Shown: positions 38,331 through 50,945 of the stretch, piece by piece
Layout of the letters: each line of letters starts with the position of its first letter
Numbering within the stretch: position 1 is the first letter of the stretch
Assembly: GCF_018977255.1 (NCBI RefSeq)
Contig: NW_024704742.1
Span: 9,488,001-9,552,000, forward strand
DNA length: 64,000 nt
Reading direction: 5' to 3'
DNA from: Callorhinchus milii
Taxonomy: Eukaryota
Notes under the pieces: generated by a model
Told to the model about the DNA's origin: nothing
What the model saw: the letters and a program-made list of their open reading frames with translations, nothing else
Database searches by the model: none
Made by a program: the position numbers and the translations under genes

Positions 38331-40164
38331 ATACAATTCAGAAGAGCATCTGTACCCCACTAGGGATTTTGTGCAAATAGTGTAAGAGAACTGGTGTACA
38401 ATATATCTTCCTGGTCTAACGGTGCATGAAAGTGTGGGAAAATCTGGTACAGGAAACTTGAAGTATGCATACACACTGGTAGCCTTTCCATTGACTAAGT
38501 TGGTGATGGAAAATGTTAAGGGAGTGATTACCTAACATTCATTGAAAGGGTAAAGGTAACATGAGGGCCTTGCCAACAAGGCTATTGAAGGTTTTAAATG
38601 CAATTCAAGGAATTAGTTTAATGCCAGTCAAAATGATTTATTTTAACTTTTTGTAAGTCTCAATAAGACCTAATTTGCCTGTGTTTTTCTTGGCTACACT
38701 CTTGGAGTAGGGACTTATGGTGGGATAGAGATTCATACCAACCATCCTCCAATACTCGAAGTGTCCATTCATCATGTATGAAACCAGGCAGTGACCATTG
38801 TCAGGCTGTTTGATTCAGCGAAAGGGTCTTGAGTCTGTTCTGTCCACACATGACCTCACAAACAAGTATGGAAGCCTTGCCTCCTCTCTCCTCCCTCCCA
38901 TAACCCAGCTCCAAGTCCTAGTCTCAGGAACATAGGCCTGTGAGTGAAAGGGAGCAGATCATTCAGACAGTGTTGTGAATTTACCGGAGAGTTGACCTTT
39001 GAAAGACAGGTTAGAGGTACATGTATTAACTATTACATGGAAATCCAATGGAAAAATTGCTCTGCAATTTCAACTACACTGCGCTGACCTTTCTGAAACT
39101 GTTAGTGTGCTTATCTAAATTGATAAACCCAAAGGGTTAGCCTGACACTGCTTTTAGTTTTACCAATTTAAGCAAGCACACTTCCTCTTCTCAGGTTCTG
39201 TTGAATGTACAGAACCTGAGAAGAGGAAAACATGATCTAAATGAAGTTGAAGTGGCTGAGTAGGTTTGCAAAGCTTGTAGGTGACATGAGGACGGGACGA
39301 TTGGGCAAGGGAATGAGTTTCACAGTTTTTAGAAGTGGGTGAGTCTTGAATCCAGCAAAATGGGAATACAGGGACATATTTTGTAGAAACCGTAGAGTGA
39401 GCATTGTTAACTGTTGTATGGGAAATAGGATACAGTGTATTGAGAAGCATGTTTTTATGGTAGGTTGAGGTGTAAAGTGGGATTGGTACAGCAAGAAACA
39501 GTGGTGTGATTTGAGGTCGTTCCTGAACTCAATGCCTTGGGACATCCTCCCGACATGAAAGGTGCTATCTTTAATTGTAAATTTGTATTGTATTGGGGAG
39601 AGAGAAAAACAGGGGCAATAGTAGGAAGTACAGCTCCAAAAGATAGATCTTTGTCCTGCATATGCTGATTCCACCCTCCCCTCCCCTCCATCATTATTTG
39701 TGCTTAGATATATGAAACGTTTGCCTGAGTCACTCAGAATCTGTTCCAAAAAAAGCTGCATCTCTGAGTAAAATTGCCGATGTCCTTCTGCCTGAGTGCA
39801 TTTGATAGATTATGGCTCATCTCAATTAATGTGGTTTCCATTATATTTATTACAATCAGAATTCATTGCCCTTCTGGATGTAGCATTTTGCACTGCTTGT
39901 TCTGTGCTTTTGCTTGTGCCTCAGTGACTGAGCCAAATTAGTTCATTGGCCTCATTTAAAAAATCCATAAGCATTTCCAATGTCGGCTGCTGCTCTCAAA
40001 GCCAACGTTTCGATCCAAGACAAATGCATCGAAAATTGCAAATAAAATGTGGAAATTGCTGAAGATGTGCATCTGCAATTGTTATGAGGCAGTGTGCAGT
40101 AAAGGTTATTGTGATATTGTTTGTTTGAATAAAGAAAAGCATCCCGGCTGGCAGGTGTTTAGTG

Positions 40165-40738
40165 CACGTCTGATGGTTCTGTAGCTCAGAACTGATTCCA
40201 AAGTCTAGAGATGCACTTAACCTCAGAGATCACACTTAAGCATTACTGTGTTGCACACAGTACCTTGGAGTGACATTGAAGGAGGTGATGTTTCTAAGGT
40301 GAAGTGTCTGTCAAGATATTTCATTTCACTCCAAGGCGAGCTCTAGCATTGCATTGTCTAGAGGTGTTATCCTACGGGTGAGACAAGCTAGAGCTCTTCA
40401 GTCTTGAGAGAAGACTGAGAGAGATTTCATAGAGGTGTCCAAAATATAAACGGAGTTGAAAAAGTAAACCCAGATCAATAGTTTAGGATGCATTATGACA
40501 GTAGAACAAGAGGACACAGGTTTAGAGTTCTAAAGGGTAATTTGAGGATAGATGTATTTTTGCAAAAAGTAATCAATGACTGGAACAGGTTACCAGACAA
40601 GGGACAGAGCTTTGGACGTGAGATTCATTAAAAAGCAGCTTGATAGAATGATGGGGGGCAGTAGAGTGGGTGTTCTGGAAGGATGAGATCAGATGGGCCG
40701 AAGGGTCTTCTTCATCCAAACCAACCTTGTGATCTTGA
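40165..40738 (+). mobile_element. Old CR1-type LINE 3' fragment
   Basis: Motifs ctcttcagtcttgagagaagactgaga, acaagaggacacaggttta and tggaacaggttacca; homologous to 1760-2440. Confidence 0.6.
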
Positions 40739-41745
40739 GATGCTAAATCAAGGTCCCGTCTTCAGTGAAAATCTTCACTCTGAACAAAAGACGTTCTTAC
40801 GTGAGTGGACTTGTTGGTAGAAGTTAAAGGTGAGTCCAATATTTGCTGTGTAGCAGGACTGGATTTCTCTCTGGATCCCATGGAAATAATCCTGGCCAAT
40901 AATTCTCTAGATAAAATGGATCATTCACTTCATACTTTGGGTGTACATTAATTTGTACAAAGTAGCTGCTCTGTTTTCCCACAAATACAAAGTCACTACA
41001 CTTTGCAGTGAATCTTGTGAAGTCTTTTGAGCTATTTGGGCAACGGGCTATTGCGCAAGAATTATTATTATTATGTTGCCTATGTAAATAGTACTTCAAA
41101 ATGTTACTCTGAGGTAAAGGGCATTATAGAAATGCAAGTTGTTGTCGAGAAATGAACAAGTGATGTAACTGCGAACAATTACAGTATTTAACCACTGCAA
41201 TAGAGATCGCTAGAATTCCACACGTGTACTAGCACCTACTAGTGGTAGAATTCAAGTACTGAATAATCCCTCAAGAAAACAAAACAATAACAATTTGGTC
41301 ACTCAATCCACGTCTGTTTGTGGGACACTGCTCCGTGCAATTGGCTGTCGCGTTTTGCCCGCAAAAAATCTGCAGTCAATTCACTTTACAGTATATTCTG
41401 TGAAGTGCTACATCAAATGCAAGGATTATTTTATTATACTACAACGTAAGTGCGCACATTCTATTTAGTGTTACAATTACACACAATTTTCCTCGTATTA
41501 TTGACACTCTCCCCTTTCTTGCCCATCACTCTTCTCTGGAAAAGAAATGAAAAGGAAGACTGGCCAAGAACGAGATTTGAAATCAGTGCAATGCTAAATC
41601 CTGGAGCTAACAGTGTAAAGCAACATAGAATAAATGTGAATAGCAGTGGGAGAGGTTTCATACTCTGTTCCTGGTTATAGCCAGATAGGGCACACGCTAC
41701 AGCATGTTTTAATCCAACATTCATATTCATGTTGGATTAAAACAT

Positions 41746-42080
41746 GGAGTACTGTAGCTCAGTGGTTAGTTACTCACCTCGCAAGCAAGAGATCTGGGTT
41801 GGGCAAGTTTCCTTACTCCACACCCCTCTGTTTATTTAGCAGTAAGTTATTAGTCAGTTGATGAATCACTTTTCTGGGGATAACGATTCCTTCAAAAAAA
41901 GAATAATAATTGGGTCATTCAATCCACGACTGCTTGTGGGACACTGCTGTGCGCAATTGGCTGCCACGTTTCGTCCATAAAATATACTGTCAATTCACTT
42001 TACAATTTATTCTGTGAAGAGCTTTCAGATGTCTCTCAGACGTGATAAGGTGCTATATCAAATGCAAGGATTATTATTAT
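41746..42080 (+). mobile_element. SINE family A
   Basis: tRNA head (partly deleted), body and (tta)n tail. A further 3' half lies at 41262-41437. Confidence 0.82.
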
Positions 42081-44417
42081 CTTCAGCAGCACACAGCATC
42101 ATTCAGTATACTGTGAAGTGCTGCATTTGTTCACCTCAGACAGCAGGCAATCTCCAGCGCTGGCCTCAAGCCGGCACTTCTTCGATTCTTTTTTCTTAAG
42201 GACTCATCAACACAGAATCAGCAGCTTTTTGCTTTGGGCGGGGGTGGAGTAGGGATGGGTGGGTAGGGATGGTGTCTGCTCAGCATATCCACTTCTCCCA
42301 CTAAGTCAATGTCAAGAATCTTGTCTTGTATCTATTTTGTCTTTTCATCTCAAAGTACAGACTTGGACCATCCAAGTATCACCCCACCCCCCCTGCTATA
42401 CACAATTCCATCTTTTCTCCAATGAACACAGTATTCGCAGTAGTACTCTGAGATCTTCCTCAAAACTTAAGAGCTCTAAGTTTCAGCAGCCCTAATCTTG
42501 GGGTTCATAAAATGGAGTACCAAATCTTGTAAAAAATAATCTGGGGGGAATCCACTGGGTCAAATTGACCGAGGAGATACAATATCTAGCATTAATGCTG
42601 GGGGTGGGGGAGGGGGGAAGAGGTTGGGGAAGAAGAGGTGCCTATGTAATCCATGCAGGTTGATGCAGATTTTGTTTAGACCAAAGAAAAGGAGGAGAGG
42701 ATGGATTAACACACTTCAATGGGTGTTGGTCTTTGCTGAAACAAGCGTCGAGCTGGGCAGCAGCAATTGCAGCAATCGAACTGGTGCAGTGTCACACATA
42801 GCGATTTGCAACGATCTGAATCAAGGTGATAATATTCTGGTCCCAGCAATCCTGCTGTGAACCGATAACAATCAGCCCTGTAAAAACACACTTAGGCTGT
42901 TAGCTTTTGGGACGTCCTCCTGACATGAAAGGCGTTATACAAATCTAATTTGTTGTTGTTGCTACGCCCACGTAGATTTTCTCTCCTTCCCCACGCACCC
43001 CCCCCACCCCAATTTTGTATAGAGAAAAAAGGAAAGAATGAAATCAAATGCGAGAAGGAAATGGTTAAATCCTAGGGTTAATATTCAAAAATATTAAATT
43101 TTGAATTGTACATTTGAGTGAGTTCTGGTGCTCAGCAACAAAATGTTTTGGAATCACATCTGCCTTTCCTGTCCCAGAGCCTCTAACACCTATAAATAAT
43201 GGAATATGTCATCTCCTGTCATCGCATAATTTATTATTACTTTATTTTTTAAGGAATTATTGCCCGCAGAAAAGCGATCCGCCAATCGACTAACAACTGA
43301 GTTCCTATTTACTGCTAGGTAAACAGAGGCGTGTGGAGTAAGGAAACTTGCCCAACGTTTCACCCTGTATTTTGTGGGAGAAATGCGGCAGCCAAATGCA
43401 CACAGGTGGCACGGGAGGAGGGGGTTGGCGACAACGTTAACTGTTCTTAAAATAGCTGCTTCTTCCGCTGCCAAGAACAGTCACCACACTTGACAATTTT
43501 TCCTGTAAAAGTGCTTCCAGACATTTCTTGCATCGTGCAGTCATCTGCAGAATTTTTAGGAATAAAATGAGTTTAGTAAAGAACGTTCCAATGCTTTGCT
43601 TCCAGCCCCAAATATGGACAGACACTTTCTTCTTCCTATTGTGTAACTGCTGGTCATTCATGGCGGTGAGGAGGAGGAGGAGGAGGGCCAGGGGACTGAG
43701 CTCCCGTCTCAGAGAGAAGAGCAGACGTGCATTCGTCGAGCTCCGTGAATTTGTCTTTGTTTTTTCCCGTGTTGCACAGCACTATTAAGCATCTGACCAC
43801 ACTGCACAGGTCACTGATCACTGCACTTGCGCTGAGAGTCATTGCACTGTGTCACAGATGAAACGTATGTGCGGGCGCTGGGCTCCACATGAACTGGACT
43901 GAAATTGTCGCTAATTCACCTCTATCGCATACAAGTTTGCCTCCAAGGCCTCAGGCTTTGTTGCTAATAAATTTTGTTGCTCAGCAGTTCTGCCAGTAGG
44001 TTTAAAAAGCTCATCTGCTAATGGACTGGCCAAGCTTCTTCAGCCAATCGCTGGAACCTGCACTGCTTCCCTCAGCAAACCCGGCAGAATTTTATAGATT
44101 TCCATCAAGATAAATAATACATATGGCTCCGTTTAACCATACTTTTAAGGAGTGATTTATGCCAAATCTATTCAATTTAAAAACATCTGTTAGAAGTAAT
44201 TGTCTGTGATTAGGATCCTGCTTCATCTTTTATTTTGTGGTGGGAAGCTACAGACTGCAAATCTCCATTGACTCGGAGCACAGGGCTGCACAGGGCAAAA
44301 CTGCTCAGAGGAATCAATGCTCTGTGAGGTGACGGAGCAAGGCAGGGATTCCAGTGTATCAGGGGATCTGTGTTTACATGCATTTTCCCGCGCTAGTTAT
44401 TTTAGTCCATTAAAGTC

Positions 44418-44525
44418 TTTGGCTGACTGTCCGACTAACTGACTGATTGACTGGCTGACTGACTGGCTGAGGGGCTGGTTGACTGGCTGAGGGCTGGTTG
44501 ATTAGCTGACTAACTCGTTGACTGT
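44418..44525. repeat. Degenerate (GACT/GGCT)n tetranucleotide repeat
   Basis: ggctgactgtccgactaactgactgattgactggctgact... Confidence 0.8.
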
Positions 44526-45959
44526 TCCCTTTAAACATAACATTAATGAAGACCAGGCAAAGAGTAATTGCTGTGTAAGAGGAGGACATCATGTTGACAG
44601 GCATTCTGATAAAGTCTCTCATGGCCTCTCATAGTGCCGTACTTAAGATAAGAAACCAATAAAAATTGACCGAGTGCTCTTTTGTAAGTTCCCCTCTGTA
44701 ACATCATCGTCTTATAAAACCAGCAAAAAAAATGACAAATTTGAGAATAGAGTAATTGTGTTAATACAAAATCCTCAGGAAATAATACACCTATTTATTT
44801 TAACTTTCCCAAAATGAATATTATCCCCTTTCTGGGAACTGGAACCCTAATGTTTTATTTACACCAGGCCTCAGCCCCCCCACCCCAATACTCTGTTCGA
44901 AGAACTTCTGCCAAAATATCCTAGTGCTAATTTATGACTGGCGCCCCATTGCTTTATCTCAGCAGGAAACGGGCCCAGTTGTCGGCAGCCGATATGAAGG
45001 AGTTTTCTCCTCCAAGGCCTTAGACTAATGACTGATGTCAAACGCTGGCACAGCTGTGAAGCACTAAGTGACACGACACACTCTGAGCGAGCGCCTCCCG
45101 GAATACAATGGGGGCCCAAGCAGTGTCACACTTTACAGATTGCTGTCGTACTATTGACTGGCTGCCCCAGCTGTCGGCCACTTAGATGTGGCAGCCAAAT
45201 AATGTAACCACAAACCAAAGCGACCACCCAAACACCCAACGGTGGGGAGAGAGACGATTCTTTCTTTAAATAATAATAATAATCCTTGCATTTGATACAG
45301 CGCCTTATCACATCTCAAAGCGCTTCACAGAATATATTGTGAAATGAATTGACTGTATATTTTGTGGGTAAAACTCGGCAGCCAATTGCGCACAGTGGTG
45401 TCCCACAAACAATCGTGGATTGAGTGACCAAATTATTTATTATTTTGAAGATATATATATGTGTATATATGTATATACAATTCTTTGTTCTATTCTTGAT
45501 TGTTGCACTCTATTGTTCTCATTCAAAATGCACTTTCCCCATGCAGGCACTCTGCATCTGCTCGAACCCACAGTGAAACAGAGTGAGAGAATGTAGGCGT
45601 GATTCCCCCCACCCCCCACTCATCCACCACTGCTCTCGTCCCTTTACTTTGTTTCAGTCCAGCTGAGCAAAAACTACAGCGACATCCTGCAGGGGTGGTG
45701 GCTGGGAGGGGGGTTGGGGAAGGGAGGAGGATGGATGGACAGATGGGAAGAAAGTCCCCCAGGGTCCAGATTTACTCCATTAATGTAGCAGTTCAGAGTG
45801 TCTGGAATTTGGCAAGTTGATGAATTCAGTCTGAACTTTGAAGCTGTTTTTCTGTAGTTCTTTAAAGGAAGGTACAGAGAGGAAACAGGCTTCAAAAAGA
45901 CAAAGACTTAATTTACTTAATTTAATAAATTATGGATCCCAAAATGTTACATTAATAAA

Positions 45960-46395
45960 AACAACTTGAATTTATACAGTGCCCTTCACTCGGTGTAGCA
46001 TCCCGGAGCCCTTCACAGTGGCAGAGTCTGACAATGAGCCAGGGGGAGAGGGAGGCGGGAGGTGACCATAAGCACGATCAAAAAGGAAGGTCTTTAGTCG
46101 TGATTTGAAGGTCGGGAGGAAAGGGACAAGGCGGAGGGATTGAGGGAGAGAGTTCCAGAGTTTTGGGGCATAGTGGCTGAAAGCACGGCCACCGATGCTG
46201 GAGCGGAGGGCATGAGGGACAAACAGGAGGCCGGAGCCATTCGAGCAGAAGAAGCAGATGGTGGAGTGGAGGGTAAGCAGGTCGGAGAGGTAGGGAGGTG
46301 TGAAGACATGAAGTGATTTCAAAACGAGTGAGAGGATCTTGAAATCGATCCGTTCGGTGGTTGGGAGTCAGTGCAGCCTGGCAAGGACTGTGTGA
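45960..46395 (-). mobile_element. L2 LINE 3' fragment
   Basis: Encodes PPYLSDLL...IGGRAFSHYAPKLWNSLP...FKSRLKTFLFDRAY, plus tail. Confidence 0.88.
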
Positions 46396-46573
46396 TCAAT
46401 TTACTCAATTTAATAGAGTAATTTGAGAGCAGTGTAGAATTTTTCTCCCCCAAAGAAACCACTCCGGATTAGTGAGAGGACGGGATATTTGCGGTAGTCT
46501 GGGAACAGGCTGGGCTCCCATCCATTCGGCGGCTGAGGTTTGGGGACCAGAAGGGCCAAAGAAGAGAGGAAAC

Positions 46574-46912
46574 AAATAATAATAATACTAAATCTTGCAT
46601 TTGATATAACACCTTCGAGACATCTCAAAGCGCTTCACAAAATATACTGTAAAATGAATTGACTGTATATTTGTGGGAGAATCGTGGCAGCCAATTGTGC
46701 ACAGCAGTTTCCCACAGACAGTTGTGGATTGAGTGACCAAATTATTATTGTTTTCTTGAGGGATTATTATCCCCGGAAAAACGATCCACCGATCGAATAA
46801 CAAACCGAGGCATGTGAAGTAAGGAAACTTGCCCAATGTTTTGCCCTGCCTGGAAATAGAACCCAGGTCTCTCGCTTGCGAGGCGAGTGCTCTAACCACT
46901 GAGCTAGACTCC
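46574..46912 (-). mobile_element. SINE family A, full length
   Basis: Head with CGC anticodon-like loop, body and tail. Confidence 0.85.
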
Positions 46913-48582
46913 AGAAAGGGAACAGGAAGAGGGCCATGCCTTTCACCCCTAGGGTCGACGTGCTAAAGAGAATCATTTCTGAATCTTGCTGTCTCAGAGC
47001 TGCTGAACATCTGATAGAATCAGCACTCTTGAGTCTGCACTGGTTGAAATAATTCCCTGTGATTTTTGTGCTGACTTTTGCCTCCTTTGCCAGTTCCACC
47101 CAAAGCAATAAAAGTGAGTAAAGCTGCAGCTGATTCACTAGATTCAATGGCACTAAAACCCGATACAAATGCAGCTCAGTCATTTCCAACCATTGGGCGT
47201 GAGGCAACTCTGATTCTGCAGGAGTTATAGACAGGCCCCCCACTCCCTTCTCTTTCCCCACACCGAGATTCATGGCAGTGTGTGCTGAATATCAGGGGTT
47301 TGACTATATCAAGCTACTTTTTGGCAATGTCCTTAAACAATGGGGGAGGGGGATTTTCTGTTCAATGTAACTTTCTTTTTCACATAAAAATAAAGTATAG
47401 AATTCTGGTAATACAACACTTGTATTATTGCAATTATACACGCTCAAAAACATTATTAAAAAATGATGAATTGTTTAGAATAAGGGAGTTATCCTTTCAC
47501 ATCTAGGGGTATTCACTCAACACAGGACCAGAAAACCCTTTGAATAGTGGGTTTATTTTCAAATACCCCTTTCAACATACGTACTCCCTCGTTCCTGTCT
47601 CACATACATATTCACTCGCGCTCTCCTACTTTCAAGCACACTGGGACACTACCTTGTGTGAGGGGCGCTATATAAATGTAAGTTGTTGTTGTTGTTCCTC
47701 TCTTTCACTCATCACTTATTCACACTTTGTCTCACTCACCCACATACTCTCTCTTTCACACACATATATGCACACAAACCCACACATTCCAACTGGCACG
47801 CTCTTTAACCTATAAATATATTCTCCCACACATACAGACTCTCTTTCATTCTGTCTCTCTCTCTTCTCTCTCTCTCTCTCTCTCTCACACACGGACAGAC
47901 TACGCTAATGTTTGCTTTTCAGAAAAGCAGCTCTTAGGTACATGCATTTCCTGGTCTGGAGACTGGGTAAATTATTTCACTGTAAATTCCTCATAACCGA
48001 AGAAATTAACTTGCTGATTTTGTTTGTTAGCCTAACATCTCCGTGCTGGTTGACCTGCTCACTGAGAGAATATGTGTCACTTTGCTATAATCCAGCCTCC
48101 CTCTGGAGAGAGAAGGACTGGGATATGACACGCAGATCAGCAGAATTTGCTGATAACAGGTGCAAGATGCACATTGTTTATGACTCCCTCATTAATACAC
48201 TCCTGCTTCAAACAGCTCTTTATGTGTCTAGCTCCCTATTTAAAGAGATGCATGAAGACACACTATGCACACAGAGACACGATTATAAGCAAAGCAGTTT
48301 CTAAAGTATATTTATTTACTTGTATGTGTATTTGGCAGGCTGAACATGATGTAACATAATTTCACTGTAACAGGTTTGCTGCGTGGTTTGTGCTCGGAGC
48401 ACATATCACCCACAATTTCTACATGGCTTGAAATGCTGAGAAACGTCCTCTGTGATTTTTTTAAATGAATTGTTTCTGTCGAGGGTGACATTCAAGCCAG
48501 TTGTGAATGGAGCACTCTGAAAAAGGTGCCCCAGATTCTTTATGTTAATCAAATAATAATATAATATAACATAAGGGAGAAC

Positions 48583-48836
48583 GCTTAGGCAAGTTTCCTT
48601 ACTCCACACGTCTCTGTTTACCTAGCAGCGAGTAGGAACCCGGTTTGCAGATCATTTTCCAGGGGTAATAATGCCTTTTAAAAAAAAATAGTTTTTAAAA
48701 GAATAATTTGGTCACTCAATCCACGACTGTTTGTGGGACACTGCAAAATATACAGTCAATTCACTTTACAGCACATTTTGGCTGTACAATGGCGTGATAA
48801 GGCACAATATCAAACGCAAGGATTATTATTATTATT
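48583..48836 (+). mobile_element. SINE family A, partial
   Basis: ggcaagtttccttactccacacg...gcaaggattattatt. Confidence 0.78.
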
Positions 48837-49499
48837 AATCAAATAAAATTAGGTAGAAATGAAGCCCAGTGACAGAGGCCTTGCATTGTATTTTACTGCT
48901 CTGAGATTCTACGGTTTAACTCTTGAAGGTGCAGCAGCTTTTCTTCACCTCGTGTGCGTTGCCTATCGTAAAACCAGGCTGCCACAGTCTATATAAGTGT
49001 TCTTCCGAAGGATGGCAGACAGCGACTGCCTTCGTCTGACCTACTTTGCAAAACATTCATTGCAGCGTGCAGCACTCCTATGAAGGTCGAAAACCTGCTT
49101 TCTCTTATTAATTGAGTGCTGCGCAGAGACTTGTGCACCCTGGTTAGGGTATCCATGTGGTAAATTGCTGCACTATTTATAGTTTTGACTCCACTGTGTA
49201 TAGGAGCTCCATCTTTCACAGCTTACTCTCCTGCACAGTGGCAGAATTGTATTTGCACTGGTGCCTGGACTCTCTACAGATAGCACTGTATTAGATGGGT
49301 TTGCTAGCCCTGTGTCATCATGTACAGACGACAGTCCCTGGGTACTCATTTTTGTGATGCACGTTCTGTCTCCTAATCTTATACTTTCTCTGTTTCATTC
49401 CCCCTACTTCGCTCTCTCTCCCCCTCCCCTTTCCCCCTTCCTTCCCTATTTGCCTCAACGGTAGCTATGAGAGAGAAGATAAACTAATCCAAGGCATTG

Positions 49500-50945
49500 T
49501 CAGTGTATGTGGGACTGACTATCTGTGTGCATCTCTCGCTCTCTCTGTTTTCCATTTTCTCTCCCTTTGTATTACTGCGTGTTCGGCTGTCACTAGGGGG
49601 TTAATTACTCAATGGAGACTCGATTTGGAGCCTCTAGGACATGAGAGTGGATTAAGAGTGTATCCTTCAGAACCAAGCGCTCTCCATGGATTTGTCGTCC
49701 TTCTGCCAGGCAGCACGCAGCCAAGCTGCCTGCCCTTTATGTGAAAACACACCTTATCTCTGCGGTGCTGCCTGGAAAGTAAGTCGGCAAACATCCAAAC
49801 TTTATATTTAATTTGCCTGAATTAATTATTATTATTATTAGCTGCCTGCCAGTTATTCATTTTAAACCATCTTCGCCTCCTCCCCCAACCCCGTCTCCGC
49901 ACCCCTTTACAGTTTAACGTGGGATGAAATATGATCTTCAGGAGAATGCAGTGAGATTGCTGTAGGAAACCCCATTCCCCCCGGGAGCCATCATCTGTCA
50001 TTTTCACCAGCTCAAGCTCTACCCCATCAAATCCAGCTCTTTACATTAGCATAATCAATCGCTGGCTTGTCTATAGCCTAACAGAGGGAGAGGGAGGAAA
50101 AAAAANTCTCAGTGCAGTCTGCCTCCCTTTGATTTGATGGTTTCTTCTCCTAATTGGATCAAGTAGGAAGTTGCCGGCAGCCTGTGCAGTCCTGAATGGT
50201 GCTCCCGTTCTGATTCAACAACAACAACAGCAGCAGAAGCAACAACTTGCTACTGATACAGCGCCCTTCACGCCGGACGGAATCTCGGAGCGCTTACCTC
50301 CAGAAAGACCTGCCGAGCGGTGTGTGTCTGCGTGAAACAAGAGAACAAGGAAGTTACCTTCTCTCTCTCTCTCTCCCTCCCTCCCTCTCTCTTCTCTCTC
50401 TCTCTGGTTCCCATTTGCTGGCTCTCCTATCACTGTCTAACGATAGATACTGCTCTCACTATGCTCAGAGGATGGGCACCTGCTGCTCGTAAATGCCTCC
50501 AGCTCTTGCCTGCGCCGGGTGGCCTGGCACACTAGCAACAACAGGATGGTGCTGGCTTGGGTTTGTTTTACATGAAGGAGTTGGTCTGTTCCTGTTCTGC
50601 AGGTGAGAGATCCGAAAACGTAACCGTAGACACTCAGTTATACCATAAATGGCAACTGCGAGCGGCACGGTGGGGGCTGTTAAACCCAGGGATGATTTGA
50701 ACATTTTCTAGAGAAGAGATATTTATCAGCTCTTATTTGAAAGAAGAGAGAGAGAGACGGAAGCAGCAAAGCACTATCCGGTTCCCTTTCTGCTCCGCCG
50801 GGGGAATATTAATGATGATTTTCTTGTTGCTGTCCAGTTGGTGACTCGACGCGCCTCTCTCCCCTCCTTTCTCTCTCTCACTTTCTCCCTGTATTTGGAA
50901 GCAGAGCTCAGGCCTTCTCAGAGTGTCCAGGTTAAGGCACTGAGG
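49500..50945 (+). promoter_or_regulatory. Putative type III NRG1 promoter / 5'UTR region
   Basis: Directly upstream of the type III ATG, free of recognisable SINE/LINE copies, with more CpG than the surrounding intron, (CT)n tracts and short upstream ORFs. The TSS cannot be placed from sequence alone. Confidence 0.55.

Noticed and set aside
41228..41248. CTCF-like sequence ctagcacctactagtggta
   Set aside because: Three mismatches in the core.
47923..47937. 15-nt phase 1-1 microexon candidates (EKQLL here; AQQPS near 34449-34463)
   Set aside because: Weak donors and too short to tell from chance without transcript data.
49010..49100. Hammerhead-like fragments (cagacgaaggcag on minus; ctatgaaggtcgaaa on plus)
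   Set aside because: Catalytic core incomplete, with no consistent helices or TSD.
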